The notes under the pieces: model-generated | The model's input: the letters and a program-made list of their open reading frames with translations, nothing else | Told to the model about the DNA's origin: nothing | Database searches by the model: none | Source: Eledone cirrhosa | Taxonomy: Eukaryota | Reading direction: 5' to 3' | NCBI GenBank assembly: GCA_964016885.1 | Contig: OZ024745.1 | Coordinates: 106,826,001 to 106,890,000 of the forward strand | Length of the DNA: 64,000 bases | Shown here: piece by piece, positions 38,474-56,283 of the stretch | Layout: the number at the start of each line of letters is the position of its first letter | How positions within the stretch are numbered: position 1 is the first letter of the stretch | Made by a program: the position numbers and the translations under genes

Positions 38474-38534
<61 letters not shown>

Positions 38535-38568
38535 ATATATATATATTACACAGATTACATGTGTGGGC

Positions 38569-38612
<44 letters not shown>

Positions 38613-38618
<6 letters not shown>

Positions 38619-38783
38619 AAGTAATTAAGTCAAATATTTCAGATTTGGCTTCGTTAATATTTCTTAAATATTTGACTCAATTACTTTAGTTTACATTACT
38701 CCGGAGTAACCAAAACAACCTGCGTACTTCGTCGAGTGCTCCAATCTGCATACTTAGGTGTCGGTAAACAACAAACATATACT

Positions 38784-38787
<4 letters not shown>
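38613..38787 (+). mobile_element. AT-rich fold-back element with tail
   Basis: Arms AAAGTAATTAAGTCAAATATTT / AAATATTTGACTCAATTACTTT. Tail contains CGAGTGCTCC. (TA)n on both sides. Confidence 0.55.
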
Positions 38788-38827
<40 letters not shown>

Positions 38828-38977
38828 GACATACAAATTACATATATGTATTATAAATTTATATTCAATCATTTCAGAATGTGCATGTGCACCATAGCCA
38901 ACTTATGGCTTTCCAAAGTCTGCAAATCCATCTATATATTATATTATATATCTATTACATTATCTATATATGCAGAA

Positions 38978-39166
38978 GGCGGTGGATTGGCAGTATCGGT
39001 GGAGGGTCGGACGCCATGCTTTCCAGCATAGTTACGTCCCTTTACGATCTGAGTTCAAATCGCGCCGAGGTTGACTTTGCCGTTCATCCTTACGGGGTCG
39101 ATAAAATAAAGTACCAGTAATGCACTGGGTAATTTGCTGGCCTTGTGCCAAAAGTAGAAACAATTA
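38978..39166 (+). mobile_element. Meta-domain-like SINE, full length
   Basis: Matches the family consensus. Confidence 0.9.
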
Positions 39167-39724
39167 TCTATATATACAGATGGAATAGTAGGAGCACCGT
39201 TATCTCATACAGCGCGTTTTGGTCACTTTAAACCAGGAGGAAGCGATATATCTCATGGGATTGGTGTTTGTATGGATATTTTGTACTGGCAGTGAATTTG
39301 TACAATGTTTAGGGACGTCATATTAGATGTTCATCAGTTTTTTTGTTTTGTGTTTTTTTCTGGCTCAACTTGCTCTAAGTTCCCATCTCACCGACGTCAA
39401 CTTTGCATTTTATCCTTTCGAGATCGATAAAGTATTAGTATCGATTCTATCTTTGGAAGAAATTGGCTCGGCTCCGACTTGGAGAGGGATCGGCTATACC
39501 AGATTTAAAATGTCCAAGACACACTTGTCAAGACAGCGTCACCTACGACTCCATCACGAGTTAAGGTCCTAGAAACCAATATAAGAAACATGTTGCTGTT
39601 GCAATAATGTGCGAGTAAACGTGGTTCCCCTACACATATGGTCAGTATTAGAATATATTTACTGCAGACAATTATAACTAAAGATATCAGAATGATATTG
39701 CATTGTCAAACTTTATGCTAGAAG

Positions 39725-40205
39725 CGAAGCCGCATGAATTAGCGGCTAGTGTGTTGGACTCACAATAATAATTTTGTGGGTTCGATTCCTGGATTGGAAA
39801 CTGCATTGTGTTCTTCAGAAGAAGAATGCTTTATTACTCGTTGCTCTCTCAGTCAGAAGATGCTATGAAAGGATCAATGGAAACATTCTTTCCTTGTTCT
39901 GATCTATTATTTGGATCCTTTCTGTATTTTCCTTTCCATGAAAATATGTCCACCCACCTTCATTTGAGAGAGAGAGAAGAGAGAAGAGAGAAGAGAGAGA
40001 GAGAGAGAGAGCACGTGGTAGGAGTGTTGGACATACGATCATAATGTCGTGGGTTCGATTACTGGGTTGCGTGTGTGTTGTGATCTTGAACAAAACACTT
40101 CATTTCACGTTGCTCCAGTATACTCTGCTGAAAATGATTACCAGCAATAGCTGGCGTCCTGTCCAGGGGGAAATCTTGTACTCTCGGTCGCTTCACGCCA
40201 TGAAA
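39725..40205 (+). mobile_element. Two CORE-like SINE family 2 copies (~39725-39860 and ~40010-40205)
   Basis: GGGTTCGATT B boxes followed by TCTTGAACAAAACACTTCATTTCACGTTGCTCCAG-type cores. Confidence 0.6.
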
Positions 40206-40264
40206 TAGAAGCGTCGCTGTAATATTTTGACTACATAATATAGTCTAATAATATATATATATAG

Positions 40265-40513
40265 GTGGTCGTGGAGGTGCCACGGCAAAAAAGCACACAA
40301 TGTAAAGTGGACGTGTAGGCGCCACGAAAAAGCACCCAGCACTCACTGTAAATGAGGTTGGTGTTAGGAAGGGCATCCAGCTGTAGAAATCAAGCCAGAT
40401 CAGTTCCTGTATGAGCAAGGCATGGTCAGCCGACCAGACACTGCACACAACAGGACAACCCGTCTAACCCATGCTAGCGTGGAAGAACGGACGTAAAACG
40501 GTGATGATGATGA

Positions 40514-40515
<2 letters not shown>
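40265..40515 (+). mobile_element. Family 3 retroelement with (GAT)n tail
   Basis: GGTTGGTGTTAGGAAGGGCATCCAGCTGTAGAAA...CCCATGCTAGCGTGGAAGAACGGACGTAAAAC then (GAT)n. Confidence 0.75.
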
Positions 40516-40585
<70 letters not shown>

Positions 40586-41119
40586 GTTGGTGTGAACTGC
40601 TTTTAAACTCCAATATATTCTAGCGTATAATACGCACACTTTTCCGCGTAAATCGACTTCTCTACCATAGCTACAACTCATCAATTCAAAATATGGAACA
40701 TTGTAAATGTTGTATGTAAAATGGAGGGACGACTTATCTAAGGGCACAAGTCATAAACGTGTCTGTGTGTGTGTGTGTGTGTGGTACATCCGTTTCAGTA
40801 CAAGCATCAGTTTGCCCATCATGACATGTTGAATAAAATAGGTCATATTCACTTTGATAAACAGAAACAGAACAGAAAAAAAACAAAATATCTGTATGTA
40901 TGTGTGTGAATGGGTGGGCGAGTGCGTGTAGGTGTGAGAGCGAAAGAGGGGTTGAGGGAGAGTGAAAGAGATCGAGTGAAAAAAATAAAAATGGAAACAA
41001 ACACTCAGAGTAGCGGAGGTGAAATTCCTCATTTTCACATATATAAATAAATACTTCATGTATTAAGAACATGTTCCATACACAAACACACAAAAACAGA
41101 CGTTTTGTTTTTAATTTCA

Positions 41120-41700
41120 TAATTGTTTCTACTTTAGGCACAAGGCCAGCAATTACCCAGTGCATTACTGGTACTTTATTTTATATGTTTTTAATTTCAT
41201 AATGGCGAGTTATAAAAGAAAAAAAACTCGTTCTAACCATGTTCCATTGGGAAGAACACATAGATCTTGCATGCGTTATCTATTAGTCGCCCTTATGGTG
41301 GATTGCAGAATCGGTAGAGCGTCGGACAAAATGTTTCGCAGCAAAAGTTATGGCCCTTTACGTTCTGAGTTCAAATCCCGCCGCGGTTAACTTTGTCTTT
41401 CATCCTTACGGGGACGATAAAACAAAACACTAGTAATGCACTGGGGTCGATTTAATCGACTTTCCCCTCCTTCAAATTGCTGGCCTTTTGTCTAAAGTAG
41501 AAACAAGTATTATTCTGGCGGTGGATTGGCAGAATCAGTAGAGCGTCTAACACACTGCTTCGCGGCATAGAGTTACGGCCCATTACATTCTGAGTTCAAA
41601 TCCCGCCGAGGTTAGCTTTGTCTTTCATCCTAACGGATGTATGAATATACATATAACCACACGTAAATTGCTGGCCTTTGTCAAACGTAGAATCAATTAT
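41120..41700. mobile_element. Cluster of Meta-domain-like SINEs (41120-41182 minus fragment; 41296-41510 and 41516-41700 plus)
   Basis: Repeated heads, GAGTTCAAATCC B boxes and tails. Confidence 0.8.
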
Positions 41701-41779
41701 TATATAAACATTATTGTCATCAATAAGTGTAAATAATGTAATAGATTTGTGAGGACTCAATAATTATTGAGGGGGTGGT

Positions 41780-41935
41780 AAAAGCGCGTAGTTTAGTGAT
41801 TAGAGTGCTTGGCTCACGATCGTAATGTCGAGATTGTTTTACCGCCCAGACGGCGCGTTGTGTCCTCGAGTAAGGCAGTGGATTTCACAGGGCTTCAGTT
41901 CACTCAACTGGCAAAAATAAGTTGCCCCTGTATTC
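41780..41935 (+). mobile_element. Degenerate CORE-like SINE family 2
   Basis: GCGCGTAGTTTAGTGATTAGAGTG head and GTGTCCTCGAGTAAGGCA..TTTCAC core. Confidence 0.5.
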
Positions 41936-42472
41936 AAATGAGGGGGGGGGGGGGTACACATTGTCGCATACTGTCAAGCTGAAGATCCCTCAGAACAACT
42001 TCAAGGCCGCACAATGCTATGGAATGCTAAGTCACTTCCACGTTACTTTCAGAAGCAGGCTCTTCCGTCGACCAAGCAGTTTGGAAGAACACGTCATCAT
42101 CCAACATTAACATAACACTAGGTGGTGGTGGTGGTGGTGGGGAATCGGTCAATAAAACGTTATGGAAGTGCGGGAGAGTCAAGGAAGGTTATAATAATTA
42201 GAAATGACAAATAAATAATTAGCAATGACAAATAAGCACTCAGCGTTATTGCCGGAGGAGATGTCGGCGTTGCTGTGGTAATGGTAGAAAGGGGGAGGGA
42301 TCAAAAAGGAAAGAAGGGAGGAGGGAAGCAGGTGTAGGAAGAAAGAGACATGTTTTCACCCCACACCCCCAACTCCGTAACCTACTTTCTGGATATTGTT
42401 CTTATAAACCAAACAAAATCCATGGATGACAGCTCTTTGCAATTAAAGTGCGTGCGTCAAAGTATGCCTGTG

Positions 42473-42527
<55 letters not shown>

Positions 42528-42961
42528 CATACATACATATACACACATATACGTTAATACTTATATTATATTATATTATATATATATATATATAGTGGCG
42601 AAACATATACAAACGTTTATGCTTATACACACACACATATCGCCGTTTATACTTTAAACGTGTGTGTGCGCGTGCGTGCGTACTTCTGGTGCGAGTTGTG
42701 TTCTTGAGCAAGGAATTTTATTTCACGTGGCTTCGGTCAGTTCAGCTGGAAAAACGGATTGTATAGCTAATTCAAGGTGCTAAGTTTGGTAATGAATCTC
42801 CCGTAGAACTACGTGCACGTGCCTCGAATGGAAGAAATATATTTACCCGCGTTTTCATACATATTCTTACATACACACACACGTGGGTGTGTGTGTATTT
42901 TATATATATACATATTTATATATAGAAATCTACATATATAAATATATATATTTTTTTTAAA

Positions 42962-42996
<35 letters not shown>

Positions 42997-43211
42997 CTCG
43001 CATTTTCATACATATTCTTACATACACACACACGTGGGTGTGTGTGTATTTTATATATATACATATATATACATATATATATACATATATATACATATAT
43101 ATACATACATATATATACATATATATACATACATATATATACATATATATACATACATATATATACATATATACATACATATATATATACATATATATAT
43201 ACATACATATA

Positions 43212-43499
<288 letters not shown>

Positions 43500-43506
43500 A
43501 CATATA

Positions 43507-43598
<92 letters not shown>

Positions 43599-43671
43599 TA
43601 CATATACATACATATATATATATATATACATACATATATATATACATACACATACATATATATATACATAC

Positions 43672-43704
<33 letters not shown>

Positions 43705-43741
43705 CATATATATATATACATATATATATATATACACATAC

Positions 43742-43920
<179 letters not shown>

Positions 43921-44316
43921 CATATATATACATATATATATACATATATATATATATACATATATATATATACATATATATATATACATATACATATATA
44001 TATATACATATATATACATATATATATATACATATATATATATATACATATATATACATATATACATATATATATATATACATATATATATATACATATA
44101 TATACATATATACGATATACATATATATATATATACATATATATATATACATATATACATATACATATACATATATATATATATACATATACATATATAT
44201 ATATATACATATATATATATACATATACATATATATATATATACATATATATACATATATATATATATACATATATATACATATATATATATATACATAT
44301 ATATATATACATATAC

Positions 44317-44367
<51 letters not shown>

Positions 44368-44368
44368 C

Positions 44369-44437
<69 letters not shown>

Positions 44438-44439
44438 CA

Positions 44440-44525
<86 letters not shown>

Positions 44526-44536
44526 CATATATATAG

Positions 44537-44621
<85 letters not shown>

Positions 44622-44626
44622 TATAT

Positions 44627-44887
<261 letters not shown>

Positions 44888-44890
44888 CAC

Positions 44891-44951
<61 letters not shown>

Positions 44952-45188
44952 TACATATATATACATATATATATACATATATATACATATATATATACAT
45001 ATATATATATACATATATACATATATACATATATACATATATATATACATATATACATATATACATATATACATATATATATATATACATATATATACAT
45101 ATATATATATACATATATATATATACATACATATATATATACATATACATATATATATATACATATATATATACATATATATATATAC

Positions 45189-45223
<35 letters not shown>

Positions 45224-45450
45224 CATATATACATATATATACATATATATATACATATATACATATATATACACATATATACATATATATACATATATAT
45301 ACATATATATATACATATATACATATATATATACATATATACATATATATATACATATATACATATATATATACATATATACATATATATATACATATAT
45401 ATATATATATACATATATATACATATATACATATATATATACATATATAC

Positions 45451-45493
<43 letters not shown>

Positions 45494-45670
45494 TACATAT
45501 ATATATACATATATACATATATATATATATACATATACATATATATATATATACATATACATATATATATACATATACATATATATATATATACATATAC
45601 ATATATATATATACATATACATATATATATATACATATACATATATATATATACATATACATATATATAC

Positions 45671-45701
<31 letters not shown>

Positions 45702-46396
45702 ACATATATATATATATACATATACATATATATATATATATATACACACATATATATATACATATATATATATATATACATATATATATGTATGTATATA
45801 TATATATATACATATATATACATATATATACACATATATATATACACATATATACATATATATACATATATATACATATATATACATATATATATACATA
45901 TATATACATATATATATACATATATATACATATATATATACACATATATACATATATATACATATATATATACATATATATATACATATATATATACATA
46001 TATATATACATATATATACATATATATATACATATATATACATATATATATACATATATATACATATATATATACATATATATATACATATATATATACA
46101 TATATATACATACATATATATATATATATACATACATACATATATATATACATACATACATATATATATACATACATATATATATACATACATATATATA
46201 TATATACATACATATATATATATATACATACATATATATATATATACATACATATATATATATATACATACATACATATATATATACATACATATATATA
46301 TATATACATACATATATATATATATACATACATATATATATATATACATATGATATATATATACATATATATATATATATACATATATATACATAC

Positions 46397-46427
<31 letters not shown>

Positions 46428-46446
46428 CATATATATACATACATAC

Positions 46447-46477
<31 letters not shown>

Positions 46478-47038
46478 CATATATATACATACATACATAT
46501 ATATATATATATACATATATATACATATATATATATATATATACATATATATATACATATATATATATACATATATACATATATATATATATATACATAT
46601 ATATACATATATATATATATATATACATATATATATACATATATATATATACATATATACATATATATATATATATACATATATATATGTATATATACAT
46701 ATATATACATATACACATATATATACATATACATATATATATGTATATATACATATATATACATATACACATATATATACATATACATATATATATATAT
46801 ATACATATACACATATATATACATATACATATATATATACATATACATATATATATATACATATACATATATACATATACATATATATATATATACATAT
46901 ACATATATACATATACATATATACATATACATATATACATATATACATATATATATATATACATATATATATATACATATACATACATATATATATATAT
47001 ACATATATATACATATATATATATATACATATATATAC

Positions 47039-47085
<47 letters not shown>

Positions 47086-47086
47086 C

Positions 47087-47134
<48 letters not shown>

Positions 47135-47160
47135 ATATATACATATATATACATATATAA

Positions 47161-47244
<84 letters not shown>

Positions 47245-47399
47245 CATATATATATATATACATATATATATATACATATATATATATATACATATATATA
47301 CATATATATATATATATACATATATATACATATATATATATATACATATATATACATATATATATATATATACATATATATACATATACATATATATAC

Positions 47400-47452
<53 letters not shown>

Positions 47453-47465
47453 CATATATATATAC

Positions 47466-47497
<32 letters not shown>

Positions 47498-47501
47498 ATA
47501 C

Positions 47502-47533
<32 letters not shown>

Positions 47534-47769
47534 ATATATATATACATATATATATACATACATACATATATATATACATACATACATATATATATACATA
47601 CACATATATATATATATATACATATATATATACATACACATATATATATATACATATATACATACATACATATATATATATATATACATATATACATACA
47701 TACACATATATATATATATACATATATACATACATACACATATATATATATATACATATATACATACAC

Positions 47770-47800
<31 letters not shown>

Positions 47801-48278
47801 CATACACATATATATACATATACATACATACACATACATACACATATATACATATACACATATACATATATACATACACATATACATACATACACATATA
47901 CATACACATACATACATACACATATACATACATACACATATATACATATACATACATATACATATATATACACATACATATATATATACACATATATATA
48001 CATACATATATATATACACATATATATACATACATATATACACATATATATATATACATACATATATATACATACACATATATATATACATACACATATA
48101 CATACATACACATATATACATACACATATATATACATATATACATACATACATATACATATATATATACATACATATACATACACATACCTATATACATA
48201 CGCATACATATATATATAAATACACATACATATATATATATATATATATATTTATATATTTATATATAAATATATATT

Positions 48279-48328
<50 letters not shown>

Positions 48329-48821
48329 AATATATATTTATATATATATATAAATATATATTTATATATATATATAAATATATATTTATATATATAAATA
48401 TATATTTATATATATATATATAAATATATTTATATATATATATATAAATATATTTATATATATATATATAAATATATTTATATATATATATAAATATATA
48501 TTTATATATATATATATAAATATATTTATATATATATATAAATATATATTTATATATATATATAAATATATATTTATATATATATATAAATATATATTTA
48601 TATATATATATAAATATATATTTATATATATATATAAATATATATTTATATATATATATAAATATATATTTATATATATATATAAATATATATTTATATA
48701 TATATATAAATATATATTTATATATATATATAAATATATATTTATATATATATATAAATATATATTTATATATAAATATAAATATATATTTATATATAAA
48801 TATAAATATATATTTATATAA

Positions 48822-48852
<31 letters not shown>

Positions 48853-48889
48853 AATATATATTTATATATATATAAATATATATTTATAT

Positions 48890-48922
<33 letters not shown>

Positions 48923-49008
48923 TAAATATATATTTATATATATATAAATATATATATAAAATATATATAAATATATATAAAAATATATATAAATATATAT
49001 AAATATAT

Positions 49009-49039
<31 letters not shown>

Positions 49040-49040
49040 A

Positions 49041-49071
<31 letters not shown>

Positions 49072-49502
49072 AATATATATAAATATATATTTATATATAA
49101 ATATATAAATATATATTTATATATAAATATATAAATATATATATATATATGTATGTGTATTTATATATATATGTATGCGTATGTATATATATATGTATGT
49201 GTATGTATATATATATGTATGTATGTATATGTATATATATATGTGTATGTATATATATGTGTATGTATGTGTATGTATGTATATGTATATGTATATATAT
49301 ATGTGTATGTATGTATATGTGTATGTATATATATATGTGTATGTATATATATATATGTATGTATATATATATGTATGTATATATATATGTGTATAGATAT
49401 ATGTATGTGTATATATATGTATATATATGTATATGTATATATATGTGTATGTATGTATGTGTATATAAATATATCTATAAATATATATATATCTATAAAT
49501 AT

Positions 49503-49632
<130 letters not shown>

Positions 49633-49653
49633 AATATATATAAATATATAAAT

Positions 49654-49702
<49 letters not shown>

Positions 49703-49713
49703 AATATATATAA

Positions 49714-49774
<61 letters not shown>

Positions 49775-49775
49775 A

Positions 49776-49810
<35 letters not shown>

Positions 49811-49957
49811 AATATATATATATATAAATATATAAATATATATATAAATATATATAAATATATCTATAAATATATATATATCTATATATAAATATATATA
49901 TAAATATATATATATATTATATATATATATATATTATATAGTTTTAATATAGAAGAG

Positions 49958-50004
49958 ATTCTACAGGACTAGAACTGTTTCATTCATTAGAAATCATCAG
50001 GAAT
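49958..50004 (-). ncRNA. Complete type I hammerhead ribozyme motif (family H2)
   Basis: AUUC-CUGAUGA-U UUC UAAU GAA U-GAA-ACAG UUCUAGUC CUGU-A/GAAU. Stem I 4 bp, stem II 3 bp plus U.U, stem III 4 bp, GUA cleavage triplet. Confidence 0.75.
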
Positions 50005-50012
50005 ATAAATAT

Positions 50013-50099
<87 letters not shown>

Positions 50100-50158
50100 A
50101 ATAAATATATATATATATATAAATATATATATATATAAATATATAAATATATATATAA

Positions 50159-50191
<33 letters not shown>

Positions 50192-50192
50192 A

Positions 50193-50261
<69 letters not shown>

Positions 50262-50272
50262 AATATATATAA

Positions 50273-50303
<31 letters not shown>

Positions 50304-50304
50304 A

Positions 50305-50335
<31 letters not shown>

Positions 50336-50336
50336 A

Positions 50337-50367
<31 letters not shown>

Positions 50368-50368
50368 A

Positions 50369-50399
<31 letters not shown>

Positions 50400-50484
50400 A
50401 ATATATATAAATATATATATATATATAAATATATATATAAATATATATATATATAAATATATATATAAATATATATATATAAAT

Positions 50485-50515
<31 letters not shown>

Positions 50516-50572
50516 AATATATATATAAATATATATATAAATATATATATATATATAAATATATATAAATAT

Positions 50573-50603
<31 letters not shown>

Positions 50604-50618
50604 AATATATATAAATAT

Positions 50619-50689
<71 letters not shown>

Positions 50690-50701
50690 AATATATATAT
50701 A

Positions 50702-50797
<96 letters not shown>

Positions 50798-50950
50798 AAT
50801 ATATATATATAAATATATATATATATTTATATATATATATATTTATATATATATTAATATATATATATATTTATATATATTTATATATATATTTATATAT
50901 ATATTTATATATATAAATATATATATATATAAATATATATATATATAAAT

Positions 50951-50981
<31 letters not shown>

Positions 50982-51052
50982 AATATATATATAAATATAT
51001 ATATAAATATATATATATATATAAATATATATAAATATATATATATATATAA

Positions 51053-51093
<41 letters not shown>

Positions 51094-51115
51094 TATATAT
51101 AAATATATATATATA

Positions 51116-51179
<64 letters not shown>

Positions 51180-51238
51180 AATATATATATAAATATATGT
51201 ATAAATATATATATATATATAAATATATGTATAAATAT

Positions 51239-51435
<197 letters not shown>

Positions 51436-51451
51436 AATATATTTATATATA

Positions 51452-51549
<98 letters not shown>

Positions 51550-51584
51550 AATATATTTATATATAAATATATATATATATATAA

Positions 51585-51649
<65 letters not shown>

Positions 51650-51670
51650 AATATATTTATATATAAATAT

Positions 51671-51701
<31 letters not shown>

Positions 51702-51704
51702 AAT

Positions 51705-51753
<49 letters not shown>

Positions 51754-51800
51754 AATATATATATATATAAACATATATATATATATAAATATATAAATAT

Positions 51801-51868
<68 letters not shown>

Positions 51869-52079
51869 ATATATATAAATATTTAAACATATATATAAAT
51901 ATATAAACATATATAAATATATAAACATATATAAATATATAAACATATATAAATATATAAACATATATAAATATATAAACATATATAAATATATAAACAT
52001 ATATAAATATATATATATATAAATATATATATATATAAATATATATATAAATATATATTTATATATATATATATAAATT

Positions 52080-52110
<31 letters not shown>

Positions 52111-52123
52111 ATAAGTATATATT

Positions 52124-52155
<32 letters not shown>

Positions 52156-52247
52156 AATTTATATATATATATTTATATATAAATTTATATATATATAAAT
52201 ATATATTTATATATATATAAGTATATATTTATATATATATAAGTATA

Positions 52248-52289
<42 letters not shown>

Positions 52290-52328
52290 ATTTATATATA
52301 TATAAATATATATTTATATATATATAAG

Positions 52329-52359
<31 letters not shown>

Positions 52360-52402
52360 TTATATATGTTTATATATTTATATATATATATATATATGTT
52401 TA

Positions 52403-52433
<31 letters not shown>

Positions 52434-52447
52434 TTATATATATATAA

Positions 52448-52482
<35 letters not shown>

Positions 52483-52515
52483 AATATATATATAAATATA
52501 TATATATATAAATAT

Positions 52516-52548
<33 letters not shown>

Positions 52549-52550
52549 TA

Positions 52551-52598
<48 letters not shown>

Positions 52599-52820
52599 TA
52601 TAAATATATATATATATATATAAATATAAATTAATAAAATAATGAATAAACAAAGAAACAGTTCCTTATATTAAAAAATTCATCATTTTACGATCGTTTC
52701 TAGGATATATATGTGTTAGAGTTGGTATGCATATTCTATAGATCTATGTACGATATTTATTCAAACTATCAGAGGGAATATACATACCTACACATATATA
52801 TGCTGTCTTCAGAAATAATC

Positions 52821-52897
<77 letters not shown>

Positions 52898-52970
52898 ACA
52901 TATAAATATATATATATATATATTTACATATAAATATAAATGTTTACATATAAATATTTACATATAAATG

Positions 52971-53057
<87 letters not shown>

Positions 53058-53072
53058 ATATATTTACATATA

Positions 53073-53108
<36 letters not shown>

Positions 53109-53289
53109 AATATATATATATAAATATATATATATAAATATATATATATAATATATATATATAAATATATATAAATATATATATTTATATATATATATAT
53201 AAATATATTTATATAATATATATATTTATATAAATATATATATTTATATATATATATATATTATATATATATATATGTATAAATATATA

Positions 53290-53325
<36 letters not shown>

Positions 53326-53423
53326 TATATATTTATATATATAAATATATATATATATAAATAATGTATATATGCATATTTATATATAAGAATACATATA
53401 TATAAATATACCTATATATAACA

Positions 53424-53740
53424 TATATTAGTAAAAAGGAAAAGGAAATGCTGACAAAATTTTCCTAGTGAAAAATAGTTTAATTTGGAATAAGTATAAA
53501 TTAGTAATAAGTATTAGTTAGTATTCATTTTTAGATTTAAGTTTTTACCGGTTGCGCATCTCAAAATTATTTTTGAAAAGCATAAGAAATGCGCAACCGG
53601 TAGAAACTTATAACTGAATACTAACTAATACTTATTACTAATTTATACTTATTCCTAATTAAACTATTTTTCACTGGGAAAAATTTGTCAGCATTTTCTT
53701 TTCCTTTTTAGCAATATATCACAACTCGTGTGTCACACCT
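53424..53740. mobile_element. Long AT-rich fold-back element (~135-bp arms)
   Basis: AAAAAGGAAAAGGAAATGCTGACAAA...TACCGGTTGCGCAT / ATGCGCAACCGGTA...TTTGTCAGCATTTTCTTTTCCTTTTT. Confidence 0.75.
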
Positions 53741-53774
53741 ATATTTTTTAAATATAAATATATATATAAACATA

Positions 53775-53963
53775 TAGGAACAAGTATGACCCCGACGGCA
53801 GAGCTCAAGGCGTTTCGACGGCTAATTCTGAATTAGCCGTCGAAACGTCTTGAGCCCTGCCGTCGGGGTCATACTTGTTCCTATTACCCACTATACTACC
53901 CTAAGTATTGAGTACTTTGGTGCGTTATGGTCCATCTGGTTCCTTACCACATTTCCTTCGTTA
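53775..53963 (+). mobile_element. Fold-back element family P1
   Basis: Palindrome TAGGAACAAGTATGACCCCGACGGC...GCCGTCGGGGTCATACTTGTTCCTA plus tail. Confidence 0.85.
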
Positions 53964-54601
53964 TATAAACATATATAAATATAAACATAAATAAATACAT
54001 ATAAACACATATATATAAATATAAATATACATATAAACATATATATATAAATATAAATATACATATAAACATATATATATATATAAATATACATATAAAC
54101 ATATATATATAAATAAATATACATATAAACATATATATATATAAATAAATATACATATAAACATATATATATATATATAAATAAATATACATATAAACAT
54201 ATATATATATATATAAATAAATATACATATAAACATATATATATATATATAAATAAATATACATATAAACATATATATATATATATAAATAAATAAATAT
54301 ACATATAAACATATATATATATATATAAATAAATAAATATACATATAAACATATTATATATATAAATAAATATACATATAAACATATATATATATATATA
54401 AATAAATATACATATAAACATATATATATATAAATATAAATAAATATACATATAAACATATATATATATAAATATAAATAAATATACATATAAATATATA
54501 TATATATAAATATAAATAAATATACATATAAATATATATATATATAAATATAAATAAATATACATATAAATATATATATATATAAATATAAATAAATATA
54601 C

Positions 54602-54634
<33 letters not shown>

Positions 54635-55096
54635 AACATATATAAATATAAACATATATATATATATATAAATATATAAATATAAATAAATATACATATA
54701 AATAAATATATAAATATAAATAAATATACATATAAATAAATATACATATAAATAAATATACATATAAATAAATATATATATATACACACATAAATATACA
54801 TACATATATATATATACACATATATATATAAATATACATACGCACATATATACATGTATATGGACAAGCCAATGCATGCAGTCATATAGACTCACACATG
54901 TGTAAGTATCTGGATGTCCATGTGAGTTATATGTGCCAATTGTAGCTTACAAGACAAATAGAATACGTATGCATAAGTGTGTATATGTGAACATAATTTA
55001 ACGTATCACTGCCTTTCAAACTAGGTGTTTTAAAGCTGGTAATTCTGCTTTTACCCCCTTTCAATTAATCATGTTAATTATTTCTCTCCCCCTCTC

Positions 55097-55211
<115 letters not shown>

Positions 55212-55970
55212 ATGTGTTTGTAGTTCACAACTCCGTTCATTGAGAGTGTTTACCACAGCTGTCATTATCTCAATTTGCCTATCCCAACTGGTAGCTTTGA
55301 ATACGGTGGACGTCAACCGTTACCCTGCATTAATAAGCAGATAGAGATATCCAAAAATCATTACCAATTTACTGGTCTGTGGTGACCAATGCCATTAAAC
55401 AATAAACACACAAAAAAAAAAAAAAAAAAAATACACACCAGCTCAGCAAGCTCTTTAGTTTCTATATATCCCTACAGGACATTTGTGTGCATTGCATAAT
55501 TTCAATTGATAGGATTGATAGCATAACTCCAATTGATCGCAACTTTGGCAACTCACAATAATATAACACATGAAAGACTATCGTGTAGCTGTTTTTTTAA
55601 TATGTAGAAAGCTCCCCTGATGTGTATTTTCCTCACCCACATTTTTTTGTTTCATCAATGATGACTTCAGCGGCACTAATCGTTAAACTAAGCGTTCCAC
55701 TACTCCGTGTATTCTTCGGTTGGTTTAGGAACCGAGTGGTTATTTATTACAGGCAGACAAAATGGAGTGACGAGAACGAAATCAAAACGAAGAGGAGATA
55801 CAAAGTATAAAATTAATAATCGAGAAGGTCATAATTATAACACTATCTGGTGACTAACCTAATACCTGACCAATAATATACCCGAAGCGAAAATCATCTG
55901 GCCAGAGTGTTTTTATTGGCAGCGTGACCTCGGCAACGCATAATTTGTATGTGTATATGTATATATACAT

Positions 55971-56283
55971 AAACGGCTTGAGCTCTGCCGTCGGAGTCTT
56001 GAACATTTACCTATTACCCACTCTACTACCCTAAGTATTGAGTACTCTGGTGCGTTATGGTCCACCTGGTTCCTTACCACACTTCCTTCGTTATATATAT
56101 ATATATATAACAAAGAGGGTGGACCACAACGCGCCAATACTTAAGGTAGTAGAGTGGGTAATAGGAAAAGAATCAGGACCTCGACGGCTGAGTTCCTGTC
56201 GTTTCGACAGCTAGATCCGAATCTAGTTCGGATCTAGCTGTCGAAACGGCAGGAACTCAGCCGCCGGCGTCCTGACTCTTTTC
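55971..56283. mobile_element. Two tail-to-tail P1-family elements (55971-56092 plus; 56109-56283 minus, variant palindrome)
   Basis: P1 right arm and tail, (TA)n, a deleted inverted tail, then palindrome GAAAAGAATCAGGAC...GTCCTGACTCTTTTC. Confidence 0.75.
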
